Of a stretch of 64,000 nucleotides of DNA, positions 1 to 10,549 are shown in pieces. A program made the position numbers and the translations under genes. Under the pieces are notes generated by a model. The model had not been told where the DNA came from, searched no databases, and saw only the letters and a list, made by a program, of their open reading frames with translations. Source of the DNA: Puccinia triticina (Eukaryota); NCBI GenBank assembly GCA_026914245.1, contig CP110439.1, positions 2,232,001 to 2,296,000 on the forward strand, written 5' to 3'. Positions within the stretch are counted from its first letter, which is position 1. Each line of letters begins with the position of its first letter.

Positions 1-581
1 TTTGGCAAGTTAGCACTCAAGCATCTACATAGGCCATTGAAATGAAGGAAAACATACCACCTGATTGCTCATCATACTTATCCAGACCTAATTCCTCAGA
101 GTTTGGATTGGGTAACCTGACATTAACTATTTGAAGGAAGTTGGGTTCATTATCCGAAGTGTGGGTGCCAATAAGGATTCTTTGGGTGGTGTATGACTTG
201 TCAGACGAGAATTCTTGATCCGGAAACCATTGAGTCGTCAGGGTAGGCCAGTCTAATGCATGGGTTAGGACCAGATCGTAAAGAAAAGGCGAGTTCTTTT
301 TCCAGATCTGTAGTGAAGGCGCACGGAAGTGCACGATCAGTTATTAACTTTACAATGTGAGGAACGTAGTAGAATTTTCCGTAATGCATTTTTAGAGGCA
401 GCATTGCGCTACCTTGTACTCCTCATTTGCTATTTTAGCCAGTGCCTATCATGTGATCAGAGAAAGTGCCCAGCAGCATACATCATAATCGTGTGTTAGT
501 GATATCCAGCCAAGTCTACGAGATCAGAAAAAATTAACTTGCCTGAGTTTCCTGCTCTTCCACATCGCCGTCCGTAGCCAT
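1..581 (-). CDS. WD40 histone-binding protein, RBBP4/RBBP7/MSI1/HAT2 family (5' part; runs off window start)
   Basis: Exons give MATDGDVEEQETQA...IANEEYK|IWKKNSPFLYDLVLTHALDWPTLTTQWFPD...ILIGTHTSDNEPNFLQI, the CAF1-C/H4-binding N-terminus; ATG at 581. Confidence 0.9.
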
Positions 582-998
582 GGTGCGGTTCGCCTTATTC
601 TTGGCAGTCTTGATTTTCTTCTCAGGAAATTCTGGGTTGTTGGCCTTAGTCGCGTCTGCCTGGTCCGTTGGCCGACAAGTCACAAGACCATTTGACCCTG
701 TGACGGCGGGTGTGACATATTGACCGACACACAAGGTTCGCGGGGGAAATGGAGCGCTTGATTGCGCGCGGGGGCCAGTGCTTCCCGCAGTCGCCCGCCT
801 CAAGCCCCGCCCCTCCCCGGAGCCCCAGGGTGTGCGCTACATCTCAACCTTGATCGCCAGTCGTTTCTTTCTTCGAATCAACCATTCAACTCATGTCAGA
901 GCATTTCGAATCCCGTCATCGATTTTGAAGATAAACTCACCTCACAGGTCTCTTGGCACTCAAACTACACCCGGTCTACTCCTTTCAAAAATCTAGTG

Positions 999-3045
999 AT
1001 GTGGCGCAACGGTAACAAAGTCACCGGCACAAACGATGCTCCTTTAGGCGCTCCTCGTCGATGGGGTGGCAGCCAATCGGATCCCAAAGATTCGGGTGCA
1101 TTTGGTGGCTTGGGTGCTCCGACTTCGTATACCTCTGCACCTACCACGAACCGTGATGATGCACCCCCACCCCCTCCCCCTCCTGCCAGCACTGCTCCCG
1201 AACCGCCGCCCACGGAACGCAAGCGTAAAAGCCGTTGGGGAGCCGAAAGTGAAAAAGTCAACGTTGCTGGCCTACCAGTAGCTATTAACGGGACCGTCGA
1301 TGCGGCAGATCTCGATCGTTATGCTGGTATGTATATTTCCTTTCGTCGCCCTCGATTGTGGGTCCATGAAAACGATGCTGATACCCTGGCTATTACTAGC
1401 TACCCTTCGTCTGGAGCAGGTCAACAACAAATTGCGGAATGGTGATGTTGTTCCACCTGAAAAGGAGCGATCGCCTTCTCCACCCCCGACATACGACGGT
1501 CAAGGTCGCCGAACCAATACCCGAGAATTTCGTTACAGACGCAAATTGGAAGAGGAACGGACGAAGCTCATCGAAAGGCTGATCAAAATCGACCCATCGT
1601 ACCGCCCACCACTTGATTTCGAAGCACAAAAAAAGTTTGGCGGTAACAGGTCCGGCAGGCCCTCTGAAAAAGTCTACATTCCAATCAAGGAGTTTCCAGA
1701 GATCAAGTTCTTCGGTTTACTGGTTGGGCCTAGAGGTAACAGTCTAAAGAAAATGGAGGGAGAAAGTGGCGCCAAAATCAGTATCAGGGGTAGAGGAAGT
1801 GTCAAGGAGGGAAAGGGCCGGAAGGAAGAGTTCGCCGGTGATGATGATGATGAGATGCATTGTTTGGTAACGGCCGACACCCAAGATAAGGTTGACAAAT
1901 GTGTCAGATTGATCAACAAAGTTATTGAAACAGTAAGCGCTTTCGAAAACAATGTTGAGTCCCTTGGCATGGTACTGATTGAATACTATTTGTTTTCAAG
2001 GCCTGTTCGGTACCTGAAAGCCAAAATGAGCAAAAACTCAATCAATTACGGGAGCTCGCGCAACTGAATGGTACCTTTAGAGATTTCGAAAACCAGGTTC
2101 GTCCTATTCTCATTGATGGGTAACATCCCCAGATCGGTGACTTACGTCTTTTCTTCTAGGTTTGTCAAAACTGCGGCAACCCAGGTCATCGCAAATACGA
2201 TTGTCCCGAGCAGCGTAACTTTTCTGCAGGTATAATCTGCAGAATTTGTGGAGGGGCCGGACACATGGCTCGGTAAGCAGATTTCGAACTTGCACCTATG
2301 TTTCATCGCAAACTCATTCAGAAATTTCCATTATCAGAGATTGCACTCAGCGACGTGGTTTCAATGGCAGTAATTCCGCTGCTGCTGGTGGCGGTGTAGC
2401 CCAGGCGTTTGATTCTGAGGTACAACATTCTTTTTGGCTCTTTGTTTGTGTACTCTTGCTAATCTTGAGTCTGTTTGAAGTACGCCTCTCTTATGGCTGA
2501 GCTAGGCGAGACCTCAAAGGTTGCGCCTATATCTGAAGAAGGTCAAAATGGCCAATCTGATACACCCAAGCCTCAATCAAATTGGGTCGGCCCACCTGGC
2601 TCGTCGACACCCGCTCGGAATGGTGACTCCGGTACTCCATTAAACACGGTGCCACCATGGCGTGTAGCCTCAAATTGGTGCGTGCCCTCAATGCAATTTG
2701 AATGTGTACAACTTGGTTAACCATTCCCATCATCACAGGCATCCACCGCAACCACCCCAACATCACGGAAGCTCTTACGGCCAACGGAATGCTTATTCAT
2801 TTAATGCGGCTCAGCACGGCCATCACAATCATAACCATCACGGGCATCACGGTCAACACCATCAGCATTACTACCAGGGTCAGCATGCGCACCACCACCC
2901 CCAGCAACACCAGCCCCATATGCATCAGCAACAGCCTGGCCCGCCTAACATGCCGACTGGTGCACCAGGAGCAGAACCTGGTCTAGCATCAGCAGCACCT
3001 AGTTTCGTCCCTCAAGGAGCCTACGCTGGGTATTATGGTCAATAG
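999..3045 (+). CDS. MSL5: Splicing factor 1 / branchpoint-bridging protein
   Basis: RKRKSRWG ULM motif, RSPSPPPTYD, KH domain (FFGLLVGPRGNSLKKMEGESGAKISIRGRGS), QUA2, two CCHC knuckles (CQNCGNPGHRKYDC, CRICGGAGH), His/Gln/Pro-rich tail; several short GT-AG introns. Confidence 0.95.
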
Positions 3046-3182
3046 TTTGATTTGACCGGCTGTAGCGACTGGAGTTTTCAGTTTAGCGGTGGTCAAAAAT
3101 CGTCGACAAATCCTGTTGGTTACGGAAATAACTAAAAGCCTCGCGAACAGCAAACTTCCTGGGGTTTTGAGTAAATCTGCCG

Positions 3183-3715
3183 GCTGACTTATGTTGACTA
3201 ACCCACTCACTTGACCCACCAACAGTTACTATAGCTTTTGTTGTCTAACCTTGTCATCTGATTTTTTTTTGTTTCCCTAAATCCTGTTACCTCGATCCAC
3301 CGGTTATCGCATACATGACCCTGACTTCACTGACGAGTTAAAAACTTCCTATTGATGAAGTAGCATACTGACTATCAGCTAAACTACTAACCCCTTGCTT
3401 AATACCATCTTCAAGTTGCGAAAGAGAAAGGTTCCATTTATTCATCTTTGTTTTTTGACTTATGCACGGTCACACTAACCTGTTTCGCGCGACGATCTAC
3501 GCTGTGATAAGCTGACCCATGAAGGCTAGCTGATTTGGCACTGCGCCTTTCTATGTTTGGGTACTGATGGGTCCGAATTGACGCACGCTCTCATCGTGAC
3601 TAGAGCTTTGAATGCTAACTCAACAAGGCCATTATTCCGGCAGCTTCATAGAAAGGACATGCCGCAAGATGCAGTGATGATTGACCGGTAATGCACTGAG
3701 TCTACCATTGCTAAT
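3183..3715 (+). promoter_or_regulatory. Cluster of branch-point-like CTRAY motifs downstream of the SF1 stop codon
   Basis: About 14 CTRAY in ~530 bp, including TACTAAC at 3385, GACTAAC 3196, CACTAAC 3473, TGCTAAC 3613 and TACTGAC 3366; function is inferred. Confidence 0.5.
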
Positions 3716-4474
3716 GAATTCTATTTTAGCTCCGCGTTCTGCCCGGTTATCGAACTGAGTTTGGACGGGTCCATTAGTGTTGGATTTGATCATGTCAGCC
3801 TTCTGCATCCTTAATTGGTCGATTGCGCTCTTGCCCAGCTCACATGATTGATAACCCGTACATTCGTCCTTTCTATTTCATTCATGGCCGGTGTCTAGCA
3901 GTAGCGTCCTAAAGTCCACCAGCAGTTGCTATATTCCACTGTAGACTCACTGCATGTCCCACCTCGGGTGTTCTACACATGGTGAGCTGATGAAGTAAAA
4001 TCATTTTCCTAACTTGATCACATGTATGTTACATCGAAGCTAGCGATCTCTCCTGGATGACATGAGTTTGCTTGACAAGTAATATGAACCTCTTTAGTCG
4101 AAGTCCATTGCTGCCTACTCGATGGTTTTTTTTTTTAGCTTTTGCCAGTCATCTTGCCGCTCTCAGGCTGGAAGGGACTGATTTGCCCCGATCTCGAGGG
4201 GGATGGACTCTCAATCTGGCAAAAAAATGAACCAGCCGATTCTTGGCGTTTCTTGATTAATAGTGGGATTCAAAGTAAAAACCCGCGCGCATGCAAGTCA
4301 CTTTGCATATTGACTTGCCCCCCGCCAAGTTACCTTGAGCCCCCCAAAGTGGGCCTTTCCTCCGGTACATCCACCTGCAAGTGGCATACATCTTACATTC
4401 GACACGGTTGGTCAACTGTCCATCACCCCACCCCACCCAGCACCACACCACAGCAACAATTGATCCCCTCCACC

Positions 4475-5834
4475 ATGCCACAACACACCGAAAGAGCTTC
4501 GACAATCAACCGAATGACCCAGCTCATCCGAAGTCAAATCCGCGGAGCGTTCATCGAATCTGCCTTGAAAGACAATTCTGACTCCAGTGAGAACAGCGAT
4601 TTGGAGGAAGCTGTTGTTGCTCTCATTCTCATCAAAAAACACCGTTACTTGGCTCCTCGAAATCGAATCGGTTGGGCTCCCGACAATTCCGAATATCTCT
4701 TCAGCCTTGATGAATCGCGCTTCGAGCAGGAATTCAGGGTGTCTCAAGATTCTTTTTTTTGTCTTCTCTCCAAAATCGAAGGCCACCCAATTTTCCAAAA
4801 CAACTCAAACGTCCCTCAACGCCTGGTCCGTGAGCAACTTATGGTGACGTTGAAACGGATGGGACTTGACGGTAATGGTGCCTCGGTTGGCATGTTGGCT
4901 CGCTTTTTCCGAATATCCAAGGGTTCAGTCATTTTATACTGTTCAAGAACAATTGAGGCAATCTTGTCTCTTGAGAAGTAAGTCATTTTGTTCTGTAGTT
5001 TCCAGCTTAGGTTACAGACTAATCATGTTGGCTTCTTCTGTAATTTTACAGAAAATATGTCCAATGGCCAGATGCCCAAGGCCGCCAAGCACTCGCATCA
5101 CAAATATCCAGCATCTCGGGATTCCAAAACTGTGTTGGATTCATTGATGGGACTCTTTTCCCTCTGTACGACAAACCCAGTATTGACCCTCAAGACTACT
5201 ACTCGCGTAAGGGTCATTACGGACTGGCGGCCTTGGTTGTTTGTGACAAAGATAAAAGAATAACATACTACATGACAGGATGGCCCGGTGAGTACCAAAT
5301 GCTTGGATTTTTGGCTTATACCTTTCTGATATGTTCACCTACTCAGGTTGCTGCCACGATACCCGCCTCTGGGAGAACACTGAGCTCAAGCTCCAGGAGA
5401 GTCAGCTGTTCACCCCAGGGCAGTATCTGGTGGCTGATTCAGGTTTCCCGGCGGAGTCAAATGTCGTTCCAGCTTTCAAACGCCCACCCCATGGAGCCAT
5501 GCCTTGACTTCGCAAACGTTTCAATCGGCATCTCAGCTCTGTACGTGTTTGCAATGAACACTGTATTGGAATCCTCAAAGGCCGATTCCAAAGCTTGCGA
5601 GGACTTTGGAAGGATCTCAGCTCGGCCGGAACCATGGAGCAGATCACACATTGGATATCAGTGTGTGTGATCCTCCACAACTTCCTCCTTCTAGATGATT
5701 CCCCCGACTTTTACCAGGGCGATGTGGACGACATAGATTCCAATGATGACGGAGCCCGACAGGATCGTAGTGCTGTTGGCACCCAAGTGCGAGATCAAGT
5801 GTTTGCCGAGGTCATTGAATATCTTGATTCCTGA
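4475..5834 (+). pseudogene. Harbinger/HARBI1-like DDE transposase (DDE_Tnp_4), two introns, premature stop
   Basis: FEQEFRVS, CVGFIDGTLF, YLVADSGF, NEHCIGILKGRFQSL, CVILHN motifs; in-frame TGA at 5505-5507. Confidence 0.88.
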
Positions 5835-6267
5835 TATCTTAAACAATTCCTTTCTATCCTTTCCTTTCTTCCTTGTTTTTTCCTCTCCCAAACTTTCATT
5901 TCCCTCCTTGTGTGTATTTTTTCTCATTTGTTTCCTTATGTTGTCTCAAAAATTAAAATAAATAAACTTGAATGATCACTCCAAAACTGTTTTGATTGCT
6001 TTTGTGCGGGGACTTATCTAAAAGGTACATCGGAAACTGCTGTATTGAATTCATGGTAACATGGTAAATACATCAGATTCAGATGAGAGACAGAGAAGAG
6101 TGGAAAGAAAAGTGCCCATTTCGAGAGTGAAGAGTGGCCATTAAACATAAGCAATAGGAAGAGAGTAGCAATTGTTCATCGGCTTCAGTCCTTTACAACG
6201 ATGAAAACAGAGAAATGAAAGAGTGGAAAAACAGCAAAAAATAATACTATAAGAGAAAGGAAGGAAA

Positions 6268-7760
6268 CTACAAAGACTCGTCGGAATCATCAGCGAAATT
6301 GTCATCTCCGTCTTTCATGTCAGCCACATGTGGGAACTCAATAATTGTCCTGGCCTCAATCTTGTCAAAGCCCAAGCCTTGCTCCCTTAATTCCTTCATG
6401 TAGGCCACTTTGACCTTGCTAGCCTTGGCACGGGCCCTTGTAATCTCCGCCTGTTGCTTGGAGAAAATCGACCGCATGTACAGCTCTTCAGTGTTATTTT
6501 GTCTGTTTCTCGAGGCCTGGGTGGAGGATCGGGTCGTAGGTTGTTTTGCAACTGTTTTCCGTTTGACCTGCTTTGTCTTCTGAGCCACGGGAGCAGCAGC
6601 TGATGGCAAGGGTTGACGTTGGGGCATCAAAGCCGATACTTCGGGAAGATCGGAGCCATCGCTGGATGTAGATTTAGAGCCGTTGGTGCCTTGAATCAAA
6701 GGTGTGATGGGTTCCGCAGGAGTAGGCTTGTTGTTGGGCTCTGGAGAGTCCCGATGACCTGGTTGGTCTCCACCAACTGACAACCGAATATGCAAAGGTT
6801 CCGTGACTGATCTTGCTCCCATGATGGGATCAAGAATGTCCCAATAGCGGCACAGCTCATGGATCCGATCTGTTTTTGTGAAGGCATCAGACCCAATTCA
6901 ACTCGCAACACAGGTGATCATGAGTAGAAACATACCTTGAACTGTGCGAACACCATTGATCGTGTCGTTCTCCATAATCCCCTTGCCGGTGTTCTTCAAA
7001 AAATCCTTAGCCGTGTTATATGAAGTTTGTAGGTCTGCAATTTTTTGGCAGACTCCTGTATTGGCACACACTAAAGTTAGGAATCAGGTACCATGAGGAG
7101 AAAAAGAAGTTCGCATACCTTTGGTGTCTCTATCAACGATGCATCAGCTAATTACGGTGCTTTTACTGTATCTCTAAAAATGAAAACTAAGATGTCATAG
7201 ACATGTGGATTTTTTTTGATATTCTTGTTCCCCACAAACCCTAGAATCAAATCCGCTTTTTTGGCCTACCTCCACTGGGGCATCTTTCCTGAAATCTGTG
7301 AAACAATTTCAATTACAGCTATTATTAGGGCCCTAATAATAGCTGTAATTGAAATTGTTTCACGGATTTCAGGACAGATCCCCCAGTGGAGGTGGGCCAA
7401 AAAAGCGGATTTGATTCTAGGGTTTGTGGGGAACAAGAATATCAAAAAAAATCCACATGTCTATGACATCTTAGTTTTCATTTTTAGAGATACAGTAAAA
7501 GCACCGTAATTAGCTGATGCATCGTTGTCTCTATGCGTGATTCCCCGGAGGTTCATCTCACGAACAATCTCCGAGCATAGGCGGGTCTTTGTCTTACCTT
7601 TCTCTTTGTCACCTTGCCATCGCTCGTAGTTATTTCCCGTCGACAGCCATTCAAAGACGATCTCAATGCTTGATTTGCCGCCATCGACACCATCGCGGTC
7701 CCAAGGTATTGGTTTCTTCTTGGTCTTTGAAGGGGCTGAGTTAGGTTCTTGAGGGGGCAT
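6268..7760 (-). pseudogene. Accessory (Myb/SANT-like position) ORF of the Harbinger-type element, disrupted by a MITE
   Basis: PIPWDRDGVDGGKSSIEIVFEWLSTGNNYERWQG...ITHRD[insert]TK...KIADLQTSY...YWDILDPIMG; basic C-terminus; lies inside the TIRs. Confidence 0.7.
7134..7527. mobile_element. 394-bp foldback MITE (near-perfect palindrome, no spacer), 7-bp TSD
   Basis: Ends CAACGATGCATCAGC...GCTGATGCATCGTTG; symmetry axis 7330/7331; TCTCTAT on both sides. Confidence 0.9.
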
Positions 7761-8433
7761 GTTGAAAGGGAAGAGCGTACAAGAAATCCAAGAAGAGAAG
7801 AGCAAACGGGGAGGTGAGGACGAGTGGTTGGGTTTGACGAGGAAGGGAACACAGCGAGGGGTCGGTGGCCATCTTTTATGGTTTTTCCAGGGATCAGGGT
7901 CGCAGTTGAGTGGGTCGAAGCTGTCCGGATTTGTTGAGGAGTGACGCATGAGGGCTGGAGCCTGGCACTTGAGTAAGGGTGGAACGTCGGATGAGCGCTA
8001 GATGAGCCGACTTGCGTGGCAAGGCAAGCCGGTCTTCAACTCAAATGTTGAATGCCGGCTTGCCAGTTTTGCATGCAAGCGCCCCCGCCAAATTGGGGCA
8101 TGCAAAGTGACCTGCATGCACGCGCAAGTCAACCTTGAAACCCCCTAATGTGCAAACCCGCAAGCCAGAAAAACCTGTGTAATTGCAGACACAGGGCAAA
8201 TAATGAGATTTCATAGGCATATAATTATAACAATCAACAATAACAAGTTTTGAAGGATAACATATACGAGTAAAAACTGTCGATGACTTATGTTACCTAC
8301 ACAAACAGATTTTCAGCAATACTCTCATGTCTGCAAACAAAGCTGGCAACCCAGAAGGAGATAAGGACATTTTATCTGCTAAGAGCATCCACATCGGTTC
8401 AGCTAAAAGCTAAGCTAAATTACCGCTTGCTAA

Positions 8434-8680
8434 CACTGCAGAAAAAACTGTGTCAACTGTGAGCAGTTGACATGCGGCAACTCTGAGGAAGCTTGTGGTG
8501 TTACACCAGCCTTACTCAAGGTTTGACTCAACCCAAGCTTCAATGCACAGTCACTGTGCACCTTGCACAGTGACTGTGCCAAAAAGGGCACTTCTGCATT
8601 CATGTGGAGTTACAATGACAGCTTGGCTTGAGTATCCTGCATGTCAACTGCAAGCAGTTGACCAAGTTATTTTTGCAGTG
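8434..8680. mobile_element. 247-bp CACTG-ended (CACTA/CMC-like) MITE nested in the Harbinger-like element
   Basis: CACTGCAGAAAAAA...TTTTTGCAGTG ends, TAA on both sides, internal inverted repeats. Confidence 0.75.
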
Positions 8681-8774
8681 TAAGAGCCAAATTTAGCGAC
8701 GCGGAGGGCACTCCACACCGGTCGAGCCAAATCAAATGGTAAACTCACCTGACTGCGCTATCAACACCCACCAC

Positions 8775-9545
8775 CGGCCATCGAGCTTTGTATGTACTCT
8801 CGATGACCGGTACATATGTACCCTTGATGACCGGTACAAACCGGTCATCGAGCAGCCAGCTTGAGTCTACTCGATGACCGGTGCCATCGAGGGGAATCAC
8901 ACTCGATGGCTGGTGCAAAACAGTACAAAACACTCATCACAAGGGTGGATCCCTCTCGATGACCGTTTGTACCGGGCATTGAGAGGATCGAGTAGCGTTG
9001 ATTCCTCTCAATGACCGGTCGGACTGGTCATCGAGAGGCTTTATGTCCTCTCGATGAACGGACTGACTGGTCATTGAGAGGCTGTATGTCCTCTCGATGA
9101 ACGGTCCAACCGGTCATCGAGAGGTTGTATGTCCTCTCGATGAACGGTCTAACCGGTCATCGAGAGGTTGTATGTCCTCTCGATGAACGGTCTAACCGGT
9201 CATCGAGAGGTTGTATGTCCTCTCAATGACCGGTCAGACTGGTCAACGCACAGCTTGAGTCCTCTCGATGATCGGTTTATACCGGTCATCGAGAGGCTTG
9301 TCTATGTAGCGTCGAGTCCTCTCGATGACCGGTCTGTCCGGTCATCGAGAGGTTGTATATCCTCTTGATGACCGGTCAGACCGGTCATTGAACAGATTGA
9401 GTCCTCTCGATGATTAGTTTATACCCGTCATCGAGAGGATTGAGTCCACTCGATGATCGGTTTGTGACGGTCATCGAGAGGCTTGACTATGTAGCGTCGA
9501 GCCACCTCGATGACTGGTCAAACCGGTCATCGAGAGGCTGTATGT
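8775..9545. repeat. Tandem array of hairpin units CCTCTCGATGACCGG-N-CCGGTCATCGAGAGG (~48-bp period)
   Basis: More than ten degenerate copies visible; TCG to TTG/TCA variants. Confidence 0.9.
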
Positions 9546-10549
9546 CCTTCTTGGGGCGAAGTTGAAGCGATGCGGAGCTGGCTGGGGGAGGGATGCGCAG
9601 CTATAGCATCGTTGATAACCCTTGCTATATTTGCCGACCTTTGTCGACGAAAGCCAAATTTTTTAACGATACCGGGGGACTTAGCGACACCGGTGTGGTG
9701 TTTCTGTCGCTAAATTTGGCTTAGCGCGGGCTTTAACGCAACCGATGTGGATGCTCTAAGAAACATGGGATTTAGCTTAGCAATGGGCGCGATGGGTGAG
9801 GGATGGTCGGACGCTAACTTGATACCAGTCCCTCGAACGGGCATAGCCGCGAGGAAATTTGTGAAGTTGTGGTTTATCGGGGGGCGAAGACTGGGCAGAC
9901 CAAAAAATTGTGGCGCCAAGCTCATGTCCCAGTCACTAATCACTCCCTAATCACCCCTCAGTAAGTACTCCTGTTGGTAGGGACATTTGCTGAGCCTGTA
10001 CCGACACAGATTATATCACCGGCGATGCGAGTTGGAGCACATCAACGGACTTGCATGTTCTAGCCTGCTTACGATAAGGAAGTGCTGTTTCCTGGATGAA
10101 ATCCAGCTTCTCGGTTGCTGTAACACCCGAGGACATGCACTCCGCGTTAGTTGGATCGATTTTGCTATTGGTTGCAAGTTTGAACGGCAGAGTGGCATCC
10201 TGTTTTTATCTGCTCATGGCAACGCTTGTTGAATGGGCCATGACAATGCCCTGACGGCGCTGATGTCCAACCTGAAGCTCGAGAATGCAGCGTGACTGGA
10301 GTCCTTCGATCAGTGTCCACTTTTGTCATATTCTTTAAGCGCTTTTACTGTCCAAAATTTACGTCTTCCTGGATAGCTTCATCCCAATTTTGCCACAAAA
10401 CGAGTGTTATGGGCTACCGCTGTGGTAGCATCATATGGTATGTTGGGCATCTCACCCAGGTAGCCTTCTCTCAACATCAAGCTTCCCTCACCGATCTGAA
10501 CGAAAAACCCGAAAATGCTGAAGTATCTCCAGCGTTGAGGATAGTCAAA

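Larger units (their letters stand above)
4262..8146 (+). mobile_element. Two-ORF PIF/Harbinger-superfamily (PHIS, possibly Pangu-type) DNA transposon
   Basis: Imperfect ~45-bp TIRs (AGTGGGATTCAAAG...GCATGCAAGTCACTTTGCAT vs rc AGGGGGTTTCAAGG...GCATGCAGGTCACTTTGCAT), AAT duplicated at 4259-4261 and 8147-8149, convergent transposase and accessory ORFs. Confidence 0.85.
8383..9756. mobile_element. Non-autonomous Harbinger/Tourist-like element carrying a palindromic tandem array
   Basis: 17-bp TIR GAGCATCCACATCGGTT / AACCGATGTGGATGCTC; TAA TSD at 8380-8382 and 9757-9759. Confidence 0.85.

Noticed and set aside
3674..3758. Box C/D snoRNA (GTGATGA...CTGA)
   Set aside because: No terminal stem or recognisable rRNA-complementary guide; cannot be supported without a covariance search.
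7216..7509. 97-aa ORF
   Set aside because: Lies wholly within the palindromic MITE; a product of sequence symmetry.
8775..9545. CRISPR array
   Set aside because: Eukaryotic context, no cas genes, and the linkers are short and mutually similar rather than unique spacers; the array lies inside transposon TIRs.
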